Source: Squalus acanthias (lineage: Eukaryota). Taken from it: a DNA stretch of 64,000 nucleotides. The notes below the pieces were generated by a model, which did not search any database, was not told the origin of the DNA, and was given only the letters and a program-made list of their open reading frames with translations. The position numbers were made by a program, and so were the translations under genes. The stretch spans positions 56,296,001 through 56,360,000 of the forward strand of contig CM059446.1 in NCBI GenBank assembly GCA_030390025.1. Reading direction: 5' to 3'. Positions 52,197 to 64,000 of the stretch are shown here, in pieces (the first letter of the stretch is position 1; the number at the start of each line of letters is the position of its first letter).

Positions 52197-53121
52197 TGGA
52201 CTGATACTTCTTAGGTAACTGACAACCAAATAGGTAAATACAATCTATCCAAACATCATAAACTTCTGAAAGTGAAAGAGATGAATTTAAATACAAAGGG
52301 ACACAAGGCAAAAATTATGTTAGGAGCAAAGGAAGTAAGGTGTACTTTTTTACCCAAATGCTGGAATAAGACAAGTGGAAATTACCTATCAAAAAGGGAT
52401 AGATGTGTTGGGCATAATGGTCATTTCCTGCTCCTAGAAATTCTTAATGCTCTTATGAGATGACTGCTTACTTTGTCAACACATTGAAATGAAAATGAGC
52501 TCCTGAATGGCATGTGGAAACATAATTAAACATTTCAGGCCAGCCTGTCAACAGTACAACTGTACTAATTATTTGCTGTAAAAAGGCAAGTCTAATGACT
52601 AGACTAATTGGTGTGTCCCATGTGCAATGTAACATTCCTTTAAATATCTGACTAACCAGAATACCTTCTCCCACCTGAGCGTTTGTAGGTTTTAGACGTC
52701 AGCACATAATTTGCAACTAGCAAATAACATACCCAGAAGAACATGGAACAATCATCAAAAATTTGCTTTAAATGGATTGAGACATTTTGTTCTCTTGCAA
52801 AAGAAAGAACGTATATTTATATAACACCTTATCATTACCAATGAATTATTTTTGAAGCACAGTGAGTATTGTTGTGTAGGTAAATGTGGCAGCTAATTGC
52901 ACCAAATTAATTGAATGACCAATTGGTGGTGTTAGTTGCAGTTTTTATTGCATGCTAAAATGGGGTTAAACTCTTTCGTGAGCTATCCAATAAGGTTTAA
53001 AATCACAACAGTAGTGATATGTTGTCAGGACAACTTAGTACCAAGTCCTTTTAGGTCTCACTAAAATATGAGAATGTTACCTGAAAACCAAGTAAGTTTG
53101 CAAAGAAAGTGGATGACCTAC

Positions 53122-53167
53122 CATGAGCTCTTCAGGTGCTGGCCTTTCAGTTGGTAACTTTCGCATG
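53122..53167 (-). CDS. MAP2K5: MAP2K5 coding exon (about human exon 21), 46 nt, (C)MRKLPTERPAPEELM
   Basis: Minus strand reads tttaccacag|CATGCGAAAG...GAGCTCATG|gtaggt; contains the subdomain XI Arg (ERP). Confidence 0.97.
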
Positions 53168-54079
53168 CTGTGGTAAACAAACACAGTAATTATTTCATAA
53201 TCCTTATGAATTCTGAAGTATGATCACAGTTTTATAGAAGAGATTATTGATCAGCATAGTTTTTTGATCCATGCAATCGACAGCTCAGTAAAATCTCCTT
53301 TTATAACATCCTGTTGGTGTGCTTTTTCATTTTTTTTTTACCCAGAGTTAGCATTGAGTACTCTCAAGTCAGATGCAGAATTAAGGTTGTTGCTACCCCA
53401 TCTCTTCTTCAAAAGGGCCATCATCACAATAATTTCCCAGTAAAAATTTTCATTTCCCACACCAGCCATCCTTGTGGTCTCTGCATTTGGTGCACAATAA
53501 CCTGGAATGCTTGATGCTGCCTGAAATATTTCCTTTCCACAGAACTAATTTTCATTACCTTAGTGAGCAGAAAAGAATCACTAACAAAAATATAGATGTT
53601 GATTTATTAAAAAAAAACTGAAGACCACGTTTTGTGTCCAAGTTGATCTTAGTTATTTTTGTTCTCCTGTCTTTCTGAGGCCCTATCATGCTATGCACCA
53701 ATTCCTGTAGAGGGCAGACATGCAGACACTACTCGAGCGACTGCCAGTGCACCTCTGTAACTAGCTCCAGGAGGTGCACAACAGTGGCCTGAATTAGCTT
53801 GCCCTCCATTTTTTCTTTCCAGCCTTGCAATGAATCTGTTGTGACGGTGAACTCAAACGCCTGTCAAATTTTCTAAGTGATCTTGAACTTTTATTATTTT
53901 TGTTACACTATTTTTGTTTAATTATTTTCTCGAGTGAGCAAGGAAAGCATGACTCTCATTGGTCAACGTAGTGTCTGAATGATGGGTGCCATGGAAAAGA
54001 CCACATCCAGACTTTCTTATACAAAAAGGTAGCAAAAGGGGATTTTTTTTAAAGCTATCTAAAGGATTTAAAATGGTAG

Positions 54080-54490
54080 CATCCTTAATGGCTCAGCTGG
54101 CAACAGCACTGCCTTGTGGAAGGGCTCTACCTTATAGAAAGACCCAATTTTGATCCCTGCCTTGTGCTAAATTAGCTGACTTGAGCTGAGTTAGCAGTAG
54201 GAATGCTACAATTGGCTTCAATGCCCGTGGGCTAGGAATATAAGGAAAAGAAAAATCACTAAGGCCCCACTCTGATTGATAGTCAATAGCTCCTAAAATA
54301 TGTGTGTGTGCGCGCAGCGTTAGGACAGGAATGGGCTTGGCTGTCATGCCCTTCACAGAAGAGCAGTCTCTATTCAGGCTCACACACAAAAAAATGGCTA
54401 CTTGGGGGATGCACCAAAAAGCTGCTGCCACTTCAGGAGCTACCCCAGCAAGAGAGAAAATTTCAATTGGAAGGGAGGAGAAATTACAAA
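54080..54490 (+). mobile_element. AmnSINE2-like SINE, near full length
   Basis: Box A TGGCTCAGCTGG, then gtgctaaattagctga...ctacaattggc...ggctcacac. Confidence 0.65.
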
Positions 54491-54754
54491 ATTAAAATAA
54501 AAAGTTATAGGGCAGGGGTAACAGCAATTAGTACAATGAACCATTGAATTGGCTCAAAATTTAAAGAATTTTTTCAAATTTTATTGAGATTAAAGTTTTA
54601 CCTCAATCATGAGAATAAAGACGTTAGTGAGGAGTCTATGGCGGTGCAAGCTGTGCATAGTCTGCTAAATGTACTTGGCTTGATGGGCTGAAATGCCTTT
54701 CCTCATTCCGTACTTTATCTATTTATGTAAGAATCCAATATGATGTAAAAAGGC

Positions 54755-54900
54755 CTTGGTCAGAAGCTCCATCCACCCTCCCCCATCAATGCACCACTCT
54801 TGGTAAGTGGACAGACTCCTGCACACTGTCAGTGCTGCTCTTGAGCTGGCCTCTGGGAGGTTCCAAAGAGCAAGCTGCCATCTTGTATGCTCAGTTCTCA
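54755..54900 (+). pseudogene. Short fossil Harbinger transposase fragment
   Basis: HTVSAALELASGRFQRASCHL resembles VKVTAALNF.ASGSFQ...GDL. Confidence 0.4.
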
Positions 54901-55164
54901 CCCTCCCCCAACCACAAGACATGAAATTTACCATGAGCAAAATCACAGGTAAAGTCCTATATTCCACCCTCTCCAGCACAGTGCACCAAAATTCAAGAAA
55001 AAAATAAACCCATACGATGAGACCTTTCTCCATACTGAACTAGGAGGAAGAGGAGGAGAAAACATTTCTGCAGAGCAGTACTGATGGTAGTCAGGAATCA
55101 GTCTGCAGTTACAAACTACACTATAGTCCTGGTAAGAAGATTGTGGTGGCAAGCAGCGCCCATT

Positions 55165-55412
55165 TTCTTTCCTCAACGTCCCTCTCTTTAAGATGGGCTA
55201 TGGTTCCACAGATGCCAGCTGCACTCTGGAACATGCACTAAAGTGCCCATTCTTCACATGCAAGCCTGGACAGCAACTAGGGATGGGCAATAAATGCTGG
55301 CCTTGCCAACGACGCCCACATCCCAGGAACGAATAATTAAAAAAGTGTTGGTGGGCTAATTGACCATGAGGGAACATCTCCGATGAGCCTGATCCCATCC
55401 TCATCTGATGTT

Positions 55413-55443
<31 letters not shown>

Positions 55444-55650
55444 TAGAATGGAGGTCACTGTATAGCAATTAGGAGTGGGAACCCAAGCAGAATTTTTTCC
55501 CCTCCTTAGCCTGGGGACACAGGAACCAACTGTCTTGCCCTTACTGCTGCCTCTGCCGAGATCACCACAAAACTATCAAACCCGAGACCTCGGGTCTGTA
55601 TGGCTCAGTACCACACTATATGGAATATTTACCCACAGTGTCTTGGAGAG
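55165..55650 (-). mobile_element. AmnSINE2-like SINE carrying a nested tail fragment and a (CA)n expansion
   Basis: SINE motifs either side of 55270-55345; (CA)n at 55413-55439. Confidence 0.55.
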
Positions 55651-57084
55651 GAAACTTAAAAATGCTAAATGATGTTCTATGAAAACGTAACTGTGAAATA
55701 ACAGAACCGCATAGGAAGAGACACATATGAACCTTGCCTCTGCTTAGAACGCACTCGCAAGTAAATCAGCAATTTCAATACTGTATTGCATAATTTCTGG
55801 ACAGAATGGAAAAATGCTACACCAATCCTAAGAGAATTAAGGAAAATGCAACTCCATCTTTACAATTTCTCAAGGGCAATTAGGGATGGGCAATAAATGC
55901 TAGCCTTGCCAGCGACGCCCACATCCCATGAAGGAATATAAAAAAAATTCTTGAATCCTCACAACTTGCACTTCCAAACTTCCAAAATCAGATATGTAAA
56001 ATACAGGCATTTTTTCTAATCATTACAGAGGCAAAACTTTTTTAAAAACTAAATTAAAAATAATTTTCTTTTCACTTTAAAAAAATAACATTTCCTTAAA
56101 TTATACCCTTTTTTTTGGAGACATACAGACACAAAAGATGACAGCTGTGATATCACTATTACTACCATCTGCTTTAATTACATTTATTTCATGTACTTGC
56201 AGTTTACGAGAGGGCTGGGACATGTAAAAGAACAGACTATCTGGGTTGGTTTTTCAATACTGTATTTGTTTATTTTTTTTAAAATCTGAGATGGGAAAAG
56301 GATAATGTCTTCAGTCACTTAGCAGAAAATAGCTGTGAATGATTAAAACAAATTAAATTACAAACAAAACCCTTCAGCAAAATTGTACACTTTAAAAAAA
56401 AAAAATTCAATAAAAGGTATTTCTTTTTGCATCAAAACATCTTTTAATGCTTTTATAATACACGGGTTATTTTCTATGAAGTGCAACTGTCATTTGAGGC
56501 AATGTATTCCCATAACATCTTATGCTAATAAAGGATGACACTCGAAAAATTAACAGACTCGAGTACTAAACAAGAAGCATAGTTATAAACCATTAACTAT
56601 CGCAGAGGACAATTTGCTGTCTCCATAAACAAACATATGCACCTCTGGAATAATGCACCCATTAGCAAGCAATTCAAGCTGTCTAAAGACTTGTTTGGTA
56701 ACAGTCCTAATCTATGATTCCAAAGTAGCTGCTTCTCCAGGGAAAACAAAGCTATTACCCACCATCATTTAGGTTTCAGCTTGACATCTGTGAACATTTC
56801 ACACCAGTTACCCCTCCTTCCCCTTTGTAAAACTTTTATGTGACATCTGATAATTTCAGAAGCTGCTCCATGTTACGGTGTTGTATGACCTTCCATGTAA
56901 ATAACAGTCACAGAATTTAAGCAACAGTATTCTTTTCCTTCTTTGCTATCCATCTGCTCACGGCCCATAGTCCCTCCCTGTCTATGGAAAGACGTAGGAG
57001 AGCCATAAGGTCTCCCGGAGTCTGAGAGCTAATGGAATGTATCATTTACACTGAGGGGATGGCACGTTTGCAAACTGAGCTTAC

Positions 57085-57146
57085 CACTGAGTGATGAAAT
57101 GTACAAATGGCTCAGAAAACTCCCCAACCGGAAGGACTGGTGGATC
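57085..57146 (-). CDS. MAP2K5: MAP2K5 coding exon (about human exon 20), 62 nt, DPPVLPVGEFSEPFVHFITQ(C)
   Basis: Minus strand reads cttcccag|GATCCACCAGTC...ACTCAGTG|gtaagc; ends in phase 2, completed by the first C of the next exon. Confidence 0.97.
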
Positions 57147-60104
57147 CTGGGAAGCAGTAAGACAAAGAGTATGTGTGAGAGAGGGAGAGAGAGAGAGAGA
57201 GGGAGAAATCAAACAAAAAAATTGTGGTTATTTTAATTACATGCAATTTTTCTGACAAATTGAGTAATTCTATGTCAGTCTCTTTGACCCCAAACCTGAA
57301 CATTTGAGAAGGATATTGATCGATTTTTTTTTAAACTTAAATGTCTTTAGCTGGACTTTGGTCATCTAAGCTATTGTTAATATAAGATAATCAATTCTCA
57401 TTTCACATGGATAATTACCAGACTTCAATGTAAATACTGTACTACTTTGCTCAATATTTAGTTATTTTGATATCTAAACCTAGAATAATTTTCTTTAATT
57501 TTGTGCAAGTGGAATTGACTTCACAAAAAATTAAAATACACAGTAGATGGAAAGTCACGATAGCATCAATCAAAAATTTGCCCTAAAAGGAGGAAGGTTA
57601 TTGAAAACTTGTTTTTATATAACTTCAAACTTTAATGCTTCACTAGGACCAGTAACAATCATTAATTTACAAAAAAAAGTTATTCAGAAAAATATTAGAG
57701 ACATATCCCAAAAATAATCAATTTGCTGGCACAGAATTGGTTTACTAACTGCATAAATCCCAGTAAAACTATAAAAAAAATTACCATTACAATTATAAGC
57801 AAACAGTTATTGCAGCAGCCAATTTAAAGGCAGCAAGCTGATTGCACCTCCCAGTACATAGCAAAAACCCTCGGATGCAATTCGTTTGCAATTTCAACAA
57901 AAAAAGACTTCAAATCTTGCAGAATTATGCGCAGAAATTTCTTAAAATTAAGATCTGCGGGAGTTTAATGGTTGCCTCATCAAATTTGCAATTGCTGAAG
58001 AAGAGCAGAATATAAAAGGCAGCTGGAAGTGACTGCATTTTCATCTGTTCTCATTTTTCCATTAAAAATACCTTTTGGCTGCATTCTCCGTGACATCCCT
58101 GTTAAAACTACCCCGCAAAGTATGATACATGCACCTATTTAAATTAACAAAGAGATGACTTATTTTAATCTCACAGTGCTTTGGACTGCTTCAGCCATTT
58201 GGATGAGCAATATATCATTACATACAACCTTTCAATGCTTCAGGCAAAACTCAATGTGTGTAGCATTTGGTAGGAGCCAAACAATTTCTCTACTATATAA
58301 CTGTGTCAAATGCACGCGTGTATTCATTATGGCAAAAAAGAGAAAGAAAAAGAAAAAAAAAGTGTGTGTGTGTGTGGTGGGGGGGGCGGTGATTGAAGAA
58401 GCTTTGATGTGATGAAAAAAATAAGATGAAAAGCACCTCTGCAATTTGTGTGCTTCATTATCAATGGTAGCAAATAGATACAATCAGAGCTTCAAATGTG
58501 ATTAGTAAATATACATGTAATTGCCGTAGCCAATTACAACTTCAAATTATCAGAAAAATGAGATCAGTAATTACAAGGGAGAAAATTAAGTAGATCTCTC
58601 ATCTGAGCTTTGTCTCCCATTTATACAACAGGAGGCTGCTGGAAGAATACAATCAAATCAGAAAAGTAAATTAAGGGGAGACAGAGGTAGGGAAAGTCAG
58701 TGAATAAAAACCCATTTGGCAATGAGCATCACAATCCCAGTCTTTAACATCTATATAAGGTATAACATTACACTGAGATTTATGATCAGGCAGTGGGGGG
58801 GCGGGGACACCTCCAAGAGCACAACTGAGGTCATAATGCCGACAGACTTCCACTTCTATAGATGTATTTATAGTGCACCAATATATTTATTGATTTTTTT
58901 TTTTGTTGGTAAGTTATTTAAATTTTTCCTCCATTACTGCAGGCAAGCAGCCAAGGTCTCTGGCAGCCAGGTCAGAGCAGCTGCCAGCACGAGTCAAAGG
59001 AGTAAGAAAGTGGCCAATCACAAAATTTATTGTCTATTTTTTGACGTGTGTCTGTGTGTGTGTGTATATTTTTTTTAAAAATAGGTATGGATTTGGCCAG
59101 AATGGTTTTCTTTTAGGCAGGTGGGTCAGGACCTTTATTATTATATATGTGCAATAATCACATGGGTGAAGTATAGCACCAGTACCATCCTACAGCTATC
59201 TGTTCACTGGAGCGAAGACCAGTTATAATTTTGAAGTTTCTCTTCTCAAACAAAAATCCATTAGAACCGAGACAGAAGTGGGAAAACAGATTAAGAGCTT
59301 GCTTTTATTTAAAACCGAAACGGAAAATAAACTCCGGCTGATATTTACGGAAGAATTTAGTGGCAGATCACAGTTTAATTTAATTCAGGAAAATACCTAG
59401 TACATTAACCTTCCATTCAGTCAACCTTTTCGCTGCTTTTGCTCAGCTGGAAACACTGTGGAGGGGGCGATTGATTTATGCTGGAAACTTGGCCAGGGTA
59501 GTACTCGGGGTGAAGTTCTTCTATTCCTCCAGTACTTTCAGTTTCTGTATGATGCCTTATATCCTCTTGCAAGATATGCTTAGATTAATAGAGGCACTGT
59601 CATTGAGTCAAAGGGTGGTACCACAACTAAATGTTTCTTACAATAACAAACTTTAGCTGCTTTATGTTGGCTTTGTTTAAATTCAGATTCCAGGACAATG
59701 GTGTCTGTGAGCCACCAGCTCCCAGTGTTTATACTACTAAACCTGGCTCCCTTACCCCAGCAGCAGACTGGGTCTATAAGTTCGCTATTGGTATAAGGGA
59801 ACGATTCATAGTGTAAACACCAGGAACAGGCTCATGAACACTGATCCTCTTAAATCCCAATTAAATCAAGGGCAATATAAAAGCAGTTAGCACGAGTGAA
59901 GCTTGAGGAGTTAATGAATGGCAATGGACCCCACTGTTGAGGCATTAATTAAAATTCATCATTAGACATTTGTTATTTTATTTACATATATAGTTTGTTT
60001 AAAAAAAAACTTTTTAAAATGGGCACACGGCACTGACAATTCTACAGGCAAAAGGGCAACAATGAAGATAATAGCATAAGAGCTGAAAAGTGGCACTGTC
60101 GTAA

Positions 60105-60515
60105 TAGAAGAATGAATATGCATTTATTTAGCACCTCATCATTATCTCGCAGGATGCCCCAAAGTGCTTCACAGATAATGAATTGCTTTGAAGTGTAATC
60201 CACTGTCGTTATGTAGATACATATGGCAGCCATTTTGCAATGAGATGAATGACCAGTCAATGTGTTTTTGTTGGTTGAGGGAAGAATGTTGGCCAGGACA
60301 CTGGCTCTTATTTCCTTCTGAGTCACAGGAACAGGCAGACCAGGCCTTGGTTTAATGTCTCATCTGAAGGACAGCACTTCTGACAATGCAGTGCTCTCTC
60401 AGTACTTTACTAGAGTTTCAACCTAGCTTAATCTGCTCAAGTCCTGGAGTGGGACTTGAACCCATGACCTTCTAACTCAGAGGTGACAATGCGACCAACT
60501 GAGCCAATCTGACAC
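60105..60515 (-). mobile_element. Deu-SINE
   Basis: Colinear with 17121-17586. Confidence 0.8.
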
Positions 60516-60970
60516 TTATTCTTTATTAGTACAATTTCAAGAGGGAAAAAGAGAGATTATTGTAACACAGGAAAATATTGCCACCTTTAGAATATTAGTG
60601 TACGAACACTTAATATGTTTATCTGAAATTCCTTGCTCTGCTACTTATTTTAAATGGGTTAATGCTTCTGTTAAAATAGCAAGGAGGAAGGAATTTGAGA
60701 AGAACATGTTAACTGTACACTAGTTTCCCATGGTGTCAGTTCAAGGCCTATACATTTAAGTAGAGTTCATGTGTTGCTATTTTGCTGTACTTTAGCTTTA
60801 AAAAAAATGATAGGTGCAATCTTATTTTCTCCAATTTGATGATGGCACGCCAGGACTATCTTCAATTAATAACTCTTATTTACTCAGCATTGCTGGGGGT
60901 TTGAAATTTTTAAAAATTGAAATGATATCCTTTATTGAGAGGTAATTCTGAATGACAGAACTGGAGAGAC

Positions 60971-60992
60971 GGGGGGGGGGGGGGGGGGGGGG
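60971..60992 (+). repeat. Poly-G tract
   Basis: 22 consecutive G. Confidence 0.9.
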
Positions 60993-62584
60993 AGAGGGGA
61001 GATCAATAGACCTAGCATTTAAAAATAGCAGGTTAAAGAACAATTAGGCTATCTAATAGGGAAAATAGTTTATCTTCAAGCGTGGCTAAGCACAAGTGAG
61101 CCAAGTGCCAAAAAGCCACACTTGAATGAGGCCATAGATATGAATTGTCACACAATTAATAGCCTCAGTGTATTTTCCAATTTCTAAACAAAATGGCACA
61201 CAGAGGATGCAAATATTGTCCCCTCTTTCCCAAAGCACAATATTCACATTGTAGGAAGCTTTAATTTGCAGTGGTTTAAGCAAGTACTTGGTCAGCTTAA
61301 ATTTAGGTGGCCCACTGAATTCCACATATGCAGCTAGGGTACAGAGAAGGGCAATGAAAAAATACTTTGAGTGATGCCTTTGCCATGTGAGTAATGAACA
61401 GTTCATGGAGGTCAACCCATTACAACTGAAACAGTTTAATTATTAATTACCTGCAATCTATGAGCTAAAGGACAAGTTCAGTATGTTTAGTGTGTGGTAA
61501 CACCAACTGGACTCTCTCTTGGCATTTGGTTATTAGCACATGTCAGCAAAGTGCTCAGGCATAAAGAAAAAGGCACAGAGGCAGCAAACACACTTAATGT
61601 GTGTATTGAGAGAGACCGCCACAAAAGGGGTGGGGGGGGCGGGGGGGAGAGGGGGGTGGTAAAAAAATCTCCCTGATGATCTGTTATAGCCTGTGTGCAA
61701 ATTTTGTTATTTTACAGCGTAATCAATATTCTTTCGCCTCGGGGCGAGCACAGTTGCAGTTTGTGAAAAATCTGGATAAAAATAATCAAACAATCAAGAA
61801 TCTAGGGACTCAGTGGTCATAAAGTGGGCAAAGGAGGAGGGAGATGGGGCCGGCAGAAAAAAATTATCTTACCAAGTTTGTGAGTAAGCTCAACCTTACA
61901 GGGCAAAAAAAAAACCCACAGAAATTCATTAATACAAGCTATTTCTTAACACAAAATGTCAGTTTGAGAACAGTGGAGCTCCGTCACCGTTTAGGGGCTA
62001 TCTCTGGTCTCTTGTCAATTATAAGCTGAGGGAGCACAGCAGTACTCCTTCATAGTGCTGAAATAACTAAGGCAAGGCAGCATGAAACAGTCACAATACC
62101 TGTCACACCAAAGGGACCCGATTCAGAGAAAAAAAACCCCTGAAATTAGTCAACGTTTCTCTATTTTTTTCCTCAGTCTCAAGCTTTTTTATTGCTTTCA
62201 TAAAATACCACGGCAAATAATCAAGCATGACCACTGACATCCTCTAGATTGAGTTTTAGAGCCATTAAATGAGCTGGGCCTCTTGGGAAGGCTCCTGCTC
62301 AGGTTAGTCTAAAGGTAATTATTCAGCAATTCGAGGCATGGCTCTACCTAGTTCCTGTACAGTGCCTGAATGGTGTACATGGATAAGGTCAGGCTTGAGC
62401 TCTATATAAGTCTGGCGTGGCTAGGTTTGATGGCTAAGGGGTTGCACCGGGTGGCAGGGCTTAAGAGGTTGTTTTGAGCAAAGAGCTTCATTAAGAAAAA
62501 AAAAATGTGTATATTATATAAATAAAACTTTCCAGGCCATTAAGAATGACTTTAGAAGAGAAAGCACATAAGACGGTGACTCAC

Positions 62585-62617
62585 CTCATCAACGATGCAC
62601 TGCAATAACTGTAGTGG
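62585..62617 (-). CDS. MAP2K5: MAP2K5 coding micro-exon (about human exon 19), 33 nt, PLQLLQCIVDE
   Basis: Minus strand reads ttgcgattgcag|CCACTACAGTTATTGCAGTGCATCGTTGATGAG|gtgagt; in frame with both neighbours. Confidence 0.96.
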
Positions 62618-62936
62618 CTGCAATCGCAAGGGGGGGGGGGGCGGAATAGAGAGAAGTATTAGCTTATATGCAGTCTTTTACAGTAGACTGAGAAAATCAT
62701 TAATGCAGTAAAATGTTGCAAGATTAATCAACAGCGCGAAAGTCTTATAAAAACATTGACACCCTAGATGTTCTATTATTTCTAATGATACCTAATCTAC
62801 TACAGGCACTTTAGTGCTTGTTGTAACAAAAATGCAATTTGCTAAGTTTAAAGTAAAGCACTCAAGCATGCAAAAAGGCAGCCAGCAGGAAAAAAAAAAG
62901 TGAATTTTTTTTCTCCGCAAACTCATAAAACCTTAC

Positions 62937-62963
62937 CATTAAAGATCCCTGGTTTTTCTGAAT
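62937..62963 (-). CDS. MAP2K5: MAP2K5 coding micro-exon (about human exon 18), 27 nt, IQKNQGSLM
   Basis: Minus strand reads ttgcctttcag|ATTCAGAAAAACCAGGGATCTTTAATG|gtaagg. Peptide matches recalled MEK5 sequence between kinase subdomains IX and X; phase 0/0. Confidence 0.95.
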
Positions 62964-63037
62964 CTGAAAGGCAATATGTAATTAGCATGTCATAATCAAA
63001 ATGACTCACTTGGACACATTACGATCACTGAGAGAAA

Positions 63038-63202
63038 NNNNNNNNNNNNNNNNNNNNNNNNNNNNNNNNNNNNNNNNNNNNNNNNNNNNNNNNNNNNNNN
63101 NNNNNNNNNNNNNNNNNNNNNNNNNNNNNNNNNNNNNNNNNNNNNNNNNNNNNNNNNNNNNNNNNNNNNNNNNNNNNNNNNNNNNNNNNNNNNNNNNNNN
63201 NN
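63038..63202. other. Assembly gap (165 N), probably a collapsed (GAAA)n microsatellite
   Basis: N run flanked by GAGAAA and GAAAGAAAG. Confidence 0.9.
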
Positions 63203-64000
63203 GAAAGAAAGCATAATACAGTTACAGTGCTGTTTACACATCCGATATAAATAACATTCTCTGGCTCTGGTACAAATCCAAGATTAAATGCTGCATTTGT
63301 TCCCCGTGCATTCATATCCGCTGCCTTTCAAATTAAAAGATGATTCAAAACACAAAATGTAGTTATTTGATACCCGCTGAACACAAGCACAATTTACAAG
63401 TGATTTGACCAATCTTCTCCCTCCCCACATGAAGCGAGAATTTTCAAAGCAGCAATTTTTTTTTTAATTAGAATCTTCACTCATACATCCTTCCCCAGTG
63501 AATTAGCTGAAATTCAAACTATGTCAGTTCCCACTGAATATAAGGGAAATTACAATTTTGGGGGTGAATTTTTCTGCTTACCAAGGCAAGGGATGTTTGC
63601 ACTGGGGAATGGATATTTTCCCATTTCAGGTACATAGTGTTAGCATCAAGTACTCCCTGGCCAAGTATAACAAGGCTAGCTGCATGGTAAAGCCGGCTCT
63701 ACACTACCCCACAGCATGTCTTGGATCCATCTTCAGTAAAGCACCCCCGTAATTGCACCAGTGTGACATTTTTGCTTTTGGAGATATGGCAGGAGTGTGA
63801 TGCTAGACCTGGGAAACAGGCCAGCACCCGACATTAGGTCCTGGCTTCTGTGATTTGATTCCAGGGTCCGTGTTTTGGGACAAAACCGTGGTCCCTCATG
63901 TCAGAGGGGACAGGAAGTCTCAGGCCAGGTGTTTACTTGGCCCCACAGTCAGCCAGAAGCTGGCATTCAAAAGTGGCAACTGGTTCGCGCAACGAAAAGA

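Noticed and set aside
62937-62960. CATTAAAGATCCC resembling the Deu-SINE core
   Set aside because: Explained exactly by the reverse complement of the MAP2K5 27-nt exon.
62996-63315. ORFs containing long X runs
   Set aside because: Artefacts of the assembly gap.

Overview
Vertebrate genomic DNA; the repeat families (HE1 V-SINE, Deu-domain SINE, HER1/CR1 LINEs) point to a cartilaginous fish. The only protein-coding content I can support is the 3' end of MAP2K5 (MEK5) on the minus strand. It comprises five exons (27, 33, 62 and 46 nt plus a terminal exon with 105 coding nt) that splice in frame to IQKNQGSLM-PLQLLQCIVDE-DPPVLPVGEFSEPFVHFITQC-MRKLPTERPAPEELM-VHPFVVQYNDRNAEVVSMWVCRMLEERRSQQGIQ*, with a probable poly(A) signal near 22265. 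None of these exons appears in the ORF track; nearly all listed ORFs are spurious or transposon debris. Positions 1-22 kb are downstream intergenic sequence (SKOR1 is the neighbour in other vertebrates, but no SKOR1 exon is visible). The rest is CR1/L2 fragments, SINEs, PIF/Harbinger-type MITEs and transposase fossils, with repeat-free AT-rich blocks that look like conserved non-coding elements. The most unusual structures are: (i) two young fold-back insertions of a Penelope-like element, each with a 12-bp target duplication and minimal hammerhead ribozyme motifs (one is a 290-bp-arm palindrome with a 4-nt loop); (ii) a 217-bp intronic segment copied into a (TA)n tract 1.5 kb away; (iii) a MITE-derived cryptic exon that could swap the MEK5 C-terminus. 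Repeat family names come from recalled consensus motifs, not database searches, and repeat boundaries are approximate.
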